The notes below the pieces were generated by a model. The model did not search any database. It saw nothing but the letters and a program-made list of their open reading frames with translations, and was not told the origin of the DNA. From contig CP147779.1 of the NCBI GenBank assembly GCA_037308085.1, positions 2,176,001-2,240,000 on the forward strand: a DNA stretch of 64,000 bases. The letters run 5' to 3'. Position 1 is the stretch's first letter. Each line of letters begins with the position of its first letter. Shown piece by piece: positions 59,008 through 64,000 of this stretch. Both the position numbers and the translations under genes were made by a program. The DNA is from Promethearchaeati archaeon SRVP18_Atabeyarchaeia-1. GTDB lineage: Archaea > Asgardarchaeota > Atabeyarchaeia > Atabeyarchaeales > Atabeyarchaeaceae.

Positions 59008-60630
59008 TTGGGGGATTTCCATTTGTGTCCAAATGAAGACGGAACCCAACTTAACGTGAAGAATGGGAATCCTGTATTGGATGGGATACTCAACGGCGAA
59101 CTACCAGCAGCCTCGACGATAGCCCTCATAGGAGCCCCAGGCACCGGCACGAGCATTATGACTACGCAGTATGTAGTCAACGCGCTCAAGAAAGGTAAAA
59201 GAGTCATCTACTCACTGCTCGACTACGTGCCTGGTCTCGCCGAAAAGTACTTTAAGTCATTTGGGTTCAATGCCCAACTATTTCTGGCTGACAAGAGACT
59301 TCAGATGATCGATGGGTACGAGTTCTTTCTCCGTTCGATGGGAATAGCCACCATGGCAGACATTCAGAACCTCAGAACGATAGAACTTAAAGAGATCTCT
59401 CAACGTCTTCAGACTGGTCTAATGAGTCTGATCCGAGATAACGAGAAAGAGCCCTCTTCGGTCGTAATAGATTCATTCACATCTCTGTCTCCGTTCGTCG
59501 ACGTTCACTCTATTTACGAGATATTGGCCGAAGGCTTCGCGATGATCAGGAGGGGAGGACATCCGGCCCTATTGGTGGCGCATGAAGGGGTGCTCGAAAG
59601 CAACTTCGTGCAAGCCCTCACCCGCTTCGTTGATGGGGTAATTAGGCTCAAGATGCAATGGTCTGCTCGTGGTCTTACTAGGGGGCTCTTCATCGAGAAG
59701 TTGCGCCGCACGAATGTCGAGACGCCGTATGTGGATTTCACGATAAGCGACCAGGGGATAAGTCTCCATTACGGGGGCGTTCAGACGAGTGCAGGAACCT
59801 CTCGTAGTCTCACACATGTTCAGACTTCACAAGCGGCAATTCCTTCACCATCGAAGTACGACAGGATCTCAACTGGAATAGCGGCGTTGGACCCTATTCT
59901 CGAGGGAGGCTTCCCAAGAGGTACATTCATTTGCGCTGTTGGAGATGTGGGGACTGGTACTTCGACCTTTTGCACACAATTCGCATGGTCGAGACTCTTG
60001 GCGGGAGGAAAGGTCGCCTACTACTGTGTCGATGAGCCCCCAGACATGGTGATCAACCAGTTTCGGAGTTACGGGTGGGATATTGGACCCTACGTAGACA
60101 GCAAGGATATCGTCTTGTCTGATGTTTACAACCTATTTAGGACCGGGCGCCAAGCTTCGCTTAGGGGAGCAGATGAAGCTGATGCCACCAGGAAACTCAT
60201 AAGCGAATTCATGAAAGCCGAGATTGCAAAAGTGGAATCTAGCCCTCCCAGAGATTCACCTCTGGTTGCCGTCGTGGATTCCTTTACGACCATGGCGCCC
60301 TACCTGGATCTGAAGACCGCATATGTTCTTGCCCGCATCGTCGCAGATAATGCCAGGGCATCAGATGAGACATATTTGACAGTTGTTCGGTCTGGCGCCT
60401 TCGAAGCCAACCTCCTCTATGCGTGCCTTGGGACGGCCGATGGGATAATCACGCTGGATAGCGGCTGGGAAAGAGAGAAGTCCAACCCCCCTGCGGGGAG
60501 GAGACTGGTGCGCAGAATGAGAATCGACAAAATGGCTTTCACTTCCACGCCCTCACAAGCAGCCGAGTACGAAATCACATCCAAAGGTATCCAACTTATT
60601 TCAACCAGCCATCCTCAGAACCAAAGGTGA
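59008..60630 (+). CDS. KaiC/RAD55-like protein with two RecA-type domains and degenerate P-loops
   Basis: GNPVLDGILNG and STGIAALDPILEGGFPRG; GAPGTGTS and GDVGTGTS; VIDS/VVDS; DGVIRL/DGIITL. Confidence 0.88.
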   Translation: MGDFHLCPNEDGTQLNVKNGNPVLDGILNGELPAASTIALIGAPGTGTSIMTTQYVVNALKKGKRVIYSLLDYVPGLAEKYFKSFGFNAQLFLADKRLQMIDGYEFFLRSMGIATMADIQNLRTIELKEISQRLQTGLMSLIRDNEKEPSSVVIDSFTSLSPFVDVHSIYEILAEGFAMIRRGGHPALLVAHEGVLESNFVQALTRFVDGVIRLKMQWSARGLTRGLFIEKLRRTNVETPYVDFTISDQGISLHYGGVQTSAGTSRSLTHVQTSQAAIPSPSKYDRISTGIAALDPILEGGFPRGTFICAVGDVGTGTSTFCTQFAWSRLLAGGKVAYYCVDEPPDMVINQFRSYGWDIGPYVDSKDIVLSDVYNLFRTGRQASLRGADEADATRKLISEFMKAEIAKVESSPPRDSPLVAVVDSFTTMAPYLDLKTAYVLARIVADNARASDETYLTVVRSGAFEANLLYACLGTADGIITLDSGWEREKSNPPAGRRLVRRMRIDKMAFTSTPSQAAEYEITSKGIQLISTSHPQNQR

Positions 60631-60698
60631 AGAACCATGTGAGGGGAGGATCGTGGGCTCGCACCCCGCGACGTTCTGCTTCGGAAACCGGGGTAGGA

Positions 60699-60914
60699 CT
60701 ACATACGTAGCGCCCTCCTGAGATCAGACACGAAGGCCTCTTCGTTTTCCATGATTCTCTTTTTGACCTCCCGCCATGTAGCCGGGCAGTTCTTGTATTT
60801 CACACCCACTACGCTGTGGATCGCTTTGTCGAGATCATGCTTGTTCTCAGCTGTGACTGTTACTTGGGCCTTCCTGAATACCTCCTGGAGATGCCTAAAA
60901 TAGCAAGTCAACAA
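60699..60914 (-). CDS. Small hypothetical protein
   Basis: Protein-like 71-aa ORF (CYFRHL..YKNCPATWREVK) with AGGTGA RBS. Confidence 0.7.
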   Translation of the reverse strand: MLTCYFRHLQEVFRKAQVTVTAENKHDLDKAIHSVVGVKYKNCPATWREVKKRIMENEEAFVSDLRRALRM

Positions 60915-61326
60915 TTATCACCTAGATTCCTGCGCCTACTCTTGTGTAGCTAACGCCGGCCAGAGATAAAGGCTTATGGAATTCAAGGCCCACCATATTG
61001 CATCCTCGCATCCGGCAGGTGATCGGAAGCCTTCGCCTCAGAATGCTAACATGTGGCTTAAAGTGTCTGTTCTAGTAAGACCTAGACTGGACGACTCTAG
61101 CGTCGGTCCGTCTCAAGTGAAGACTGCGAGAACCGTGACACAGTCAATAAGAATCATTGAGGCTAGAAAGATCGCCCTTAAGGTCCTCTCAATGGATTTA
61201 GCTGCAAATGTGAGAGTATTCTCGAAGACATTCCGAAGTGCAACGTCGTAGCATACGGAGAAACTACTTAAGGAAGAGGTCGACGTACCTACGTCATGTA
61301 AGGAAGGCAGGGAGCTGCAGACCCGG

Positions 61327-62136
61327 TTGAAGATACAAATAAGGGATCTTCAAGGGGACCTTATCTTAGACCATCTTGCGGTTTGTAGAAATGAGCAGTT
61401 GAGCGGTATCTCGTCCTATGAAGAGGGCTTCGTGAGAAAAAGCAGATGGCTAGGAAGCATGTTGAAAAGAACCAGATTCCTTTCTAAGCTCGCGTACATT
61501 GATCGGGCACCTCTGGGAATGATCCAATTCTATCCTGAGAACCTTATCCCTTTTCTGAGAGAGAAGCGAGATGATGTGCTACGGCTTGATTGCATCTACG
61601 TTACGAGGGAACTCCAAGGTAAGAGGATCGGAAGGGCATTATTGAAGGCCATGATTAGTGAGGCGAGGGAAACCGGGATCTTCAGTCGGGTAGAAACCTC
61701 TACCTTTGATGCAAACAGCGGGTATCCTCAACCAGAATTTCTCAGGGAGTCTGGATTCACTAGAGTCCCGGGCGGGAACGAAATGGAACTTCAGTATTTC
61801 TTGACGAGAAACAGCGGCAGCCCAATACGGAAAACTGGATTTGCCGCCAAGAACAAACCCGAGCGGGTTGAGGGGGAGAAGGGCGCCAAGCTCTTCTATG
61901 AGCCGCGCTGTCCGCTTTCTGCGTACTTCAACGAATCGATAACCAAATTGATGCATGAGGTCGAGCCCTCCATAGAAACAGAGGAGGTGGATATTTGGTC
62001 CAGCCCCGATGCTGCGCTGCAAAGGGGGGTCGATCAACATACCGTCTACTTGGACGGCGTACCCATCAAGGAGTTCTTCATGAACAAGGAGCCCTTTAGA
62101 AACGAAATCACGAGAGTTCTTCGTAAATGCGTGTAG
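61327..62136 (+). CDS. GNAT acetyltransferase with thioredoxin-like C-terminal domain
   Basis: CIYV..ELQGKRIGRALL acetyl-CoA motif; FLRESGF. Confidence 0.82.
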   Translation: MKIQIRDLQGDLILDHLAVCRNEQLSGISSYEEGFVRKSRWLGSMLKRTRFLSKLAYIDRAPLGMIQFYPENLIPFLREKRDDVLRLDCIYVTRELQGKRIGRALLKAMISEARETGIFSRVETSTFDANSGYPQPEFLRESGFTRVPGGNEMELQYFLTRNSGSPIRKTGFAAKNKPERVEGEKGAKLFYEPRCPLSAYFNESITKLMHEVEPSIETEEVDIWSSPDAALQRGVDQHTVYLDGVPIKEFFMNKEPFRNEITRVLRKCV

Positions 62137-62399
62137 GTTAAGAACACGCCAGCGTGGCCAGCGTCTTTCACAAGATCTCTTTCCGCAAGGGAAGATTCGT
62201 CCCTTCCAACTAATTGGCGGAACGCAGTCCGTGAAATTCGCAATGAGGAGCCTCGCCCGCATAGTCAAGATAAGATTCTATTTATAGCCACTGAAACATT
62301 CCATTCAGTAATGCACTTAAACGGTAACCCCATCTATTTGCTTAGGGTCGAATGATCTCTTAGGCATCTTTGCTCCGGCGAAGTGGAGGAAGGTAGTTA

Positions 62400-63431
62400 A
62401 TGGTTCTGTACGACCTGTACGTAATATACAACCAAGGTGGGCGTTGCATACACCACTACAAGTTCGGTGGACTTAACGTGAACAGCGAACTCGTAGGGTC
62501 GTTCTTGGATGCGCTCTCCACCTTCGCCATGGAGACGATTCCTTCGAAGGGTCAGATGCGCTTAGTGGACAGGGGAAATGTGAAGATTCTTTTTGAGCAA
62601 GGCAAGTTTGTTACCCTTGCGCTGTTTGCATCTGACGACTCACCTGAGACGCGCGGACCGCTCTCCATGTTCCTTTCAAGGATCGAGGCGAACTACGCGG
62701 ATGTTCTCAGAGAGTGGGATGGAAGCCTCAACGCTTTTGATGGCCTAGATGGTCTCATCAAATCAATATTCAAGAGGGAGAGAGTGTCCCAAGAGACGAT
62801 CCCTGAGGAACTGATCCCGAAGCCTATGCCTCTTTCTGAAGCAACAGGTTCGAAGATGAAGGCCAAAGATGCGCTTTCCGTAATAAGAACAGCTGTAAGG
62901 GACAACATTTCGGGGGTTCTCTCCATCACCTTCAATCCAAACAGGATTGAGCCGATCGGATACGTCAGCATCCTCAGGGGGAAAGGATACGCTGCCGTCT
63001 ATACGAAACCCGGCAGCAAGATTAGAAGAGGCAACGACGCAGCGAGGCACATCATTTTTGACAGTGTCACGCTGCCAGCTTGGATAAGATTCAGGACTGC
63101 CCAGAACGGCGAAATCGACACTGACATCGATCGCACAATTAATCGAATTGATGCGCCTTTGAACAAGATCATGTTGGATACCCTCCTGCTTCGCCACTAC
63201 TACGACGAGATAAAGACCATGAAACCCAAGGCGAAGCAAGTCTTCACCTCGGATGAGAGGCACCACGTGCTTGGGAAGTTTGGAGACGCCGGCGCCAATG
63301 TTCTTAGGACAAGTCAGGGAAGAGTCACGCTGGAGCAACTGGCAGTTCTGCACTCGTTATCGCCCTTGGAGGTTACCGAGATCCTCTTGTGGGCGGCCGA
63401 AAACGGGCTTATAGACATGGTGAAGAACTAA
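62400..63431 (+). CDS. Longin-domain protein with PatA-N/DUF2226-like middle and winged-helix-like C-terminus
   Basis: LYVIYNQGGRCI..LVGSFLDALSTFAME..WDGSLNAF longin pattern; ISGVLSI..GYVSILRGK; QGRVTLEQLA..WAAENGLI. Confidence 0.72.
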   Translation: MVLYDLYVIYNQGGRCIHHYKFGGLNVNSELVGSFLDALSTFAMETIPSKGQMRLVDRGNVKILFEQGKFVTLALFASDDSPETRGPLSMFLSRIEANYADVLREWDGSLNAFDGLDGLIKSIFKRERVSQETIPEELIPKPMPLSEATGSKMKAKDALSVIRTAVRDNISGVLSITFNPNRIEPIGYVSILRGKGYAAVYTKPGSKIRRGNDAARHIIFDSVTLPAWIRFRTAQNGEIDTDIDRTINRIDAPLNKIMLDTLLLRHYYDEIKTMKPKAKQVFTSDERHHVLGKFGDAGANVLRTSQGRVTLEQLAVLHSLSPLEVTEILLWAAENGLIDMVKN

Positions 63432-63465
63432 TATACGTGGACGGAGAGAGATATCGCGTCTTCAA

Positions 63466-64000
63466 ATGAGCCATGGGGTGTGGCCTGAACACCAATCGTC
63501 TAGTAGGTGGATTCGAGAAGTGCCTGGAGACAAGATAAGAGACATCAGAACCGCGACTCTTTCGTCCGTGATCCTTGGATTGTACCTATCAGTTCCTTCG
63601 GAGGAATATGAGTCGCTCATCAACACGATTGGCGACATGTCGGGAACTATCATCAACATGCTACTTCTCGACAGCAAACTGATGAGTGGGCACTATCCAT
63701 CGGTTCCAGAAGCTCTGGGGGCGACATTGAAGGCGCTTGGTGATCTGCTTGGAGCGAGGACGGCCAAGATCAAATTCACGAGAGGAAGGGAAGCGGAGAT
63801 TGCCATAGTTGACTGCCCAATCTGTGAAGCTTCTACAACTCTTTCGATTTCCCCCGAGAAGCCTATCTGCAAGATGCTGGGCATGCTTATAAGGAAGGTA
63901 ACCGTCGGCTACCTGCAGAAGCTCGGAATAGAGACCGACATTGAAATAGAGGAAACTGAATGCAAAGCCAAGGGTGCGCACGCCTGTGTTTTCAAGCTGG
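63466..64000 (+). CDS. V4R-domain protein, runs off the window end
   Basis: Manual translation: VDCPIC..KPIC..IEETECKAKGAHACVFKL. Confidence 0.85.
   Translation, partial: MSHGVWPEHQSSSRWIREVPGDKIRDIRTATLSSVILGLYLSVPSEEYESLINTIGDMSGTIINMLLLDSKLMSGHYPSVPEALGATLKALGDLLGARTAKIKFTRGREAEIAIVDCPICEASTTLSISPEKPICKMLGMLIRKVTVGYLQKLGIETDIEIEETECKAKGAHACVFKL

Noticed and set aside
60976-61251. 91-aa ORF before the GNAT gene
   Set aside because: No motif or RBS support; left uncalled

Overview
Archaeal chromosomal window (~50% GC). A longin-domain protein, an alpha-SNAP-like repeat protein, a CdvA-like coiled coil and several C-terminal RING-like proteins suggest an Asgard archaeon (inference). It holds metabolic and housekeeping genes (two tandem acyl-CoA ligases, two acyl-CoA dehydrogenases, enoyl-CoA hydratase, PolX-PHP, Hsp20, asnS-gatD-gatE, nagA), a complete type I-B CRISPR-Cas locus (cas6-8-7-5-3-4-1-2 plus 44 repeats), IS6-like MITEs and two TnpB-type remnants. 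The main finding is that gatE is interrupted, inside its conserved EADEEPP motif, by a 41-nt insert (43068-43108). The insert folds into a canonical bulge-helix-bulge (two AGA bulges around a 4-bp helix), and removing it at the canonical endonuclease sites restores a 635-aa GatE. This is a candidate tRNA-type intron in an mRNA. Other leads: three RING-like genes, two with ectodomain-TM-RING architecture; cas2 with ACG at its start position, in frame behind the cas1 amber stop; a structured RNA candidate between cas6 and cas8; three paralogous membrane proteins with constant ends; and a KaiC-like protein lacking both Walker A lysines. All family calls come from motif recognition by eye. No database search was run.
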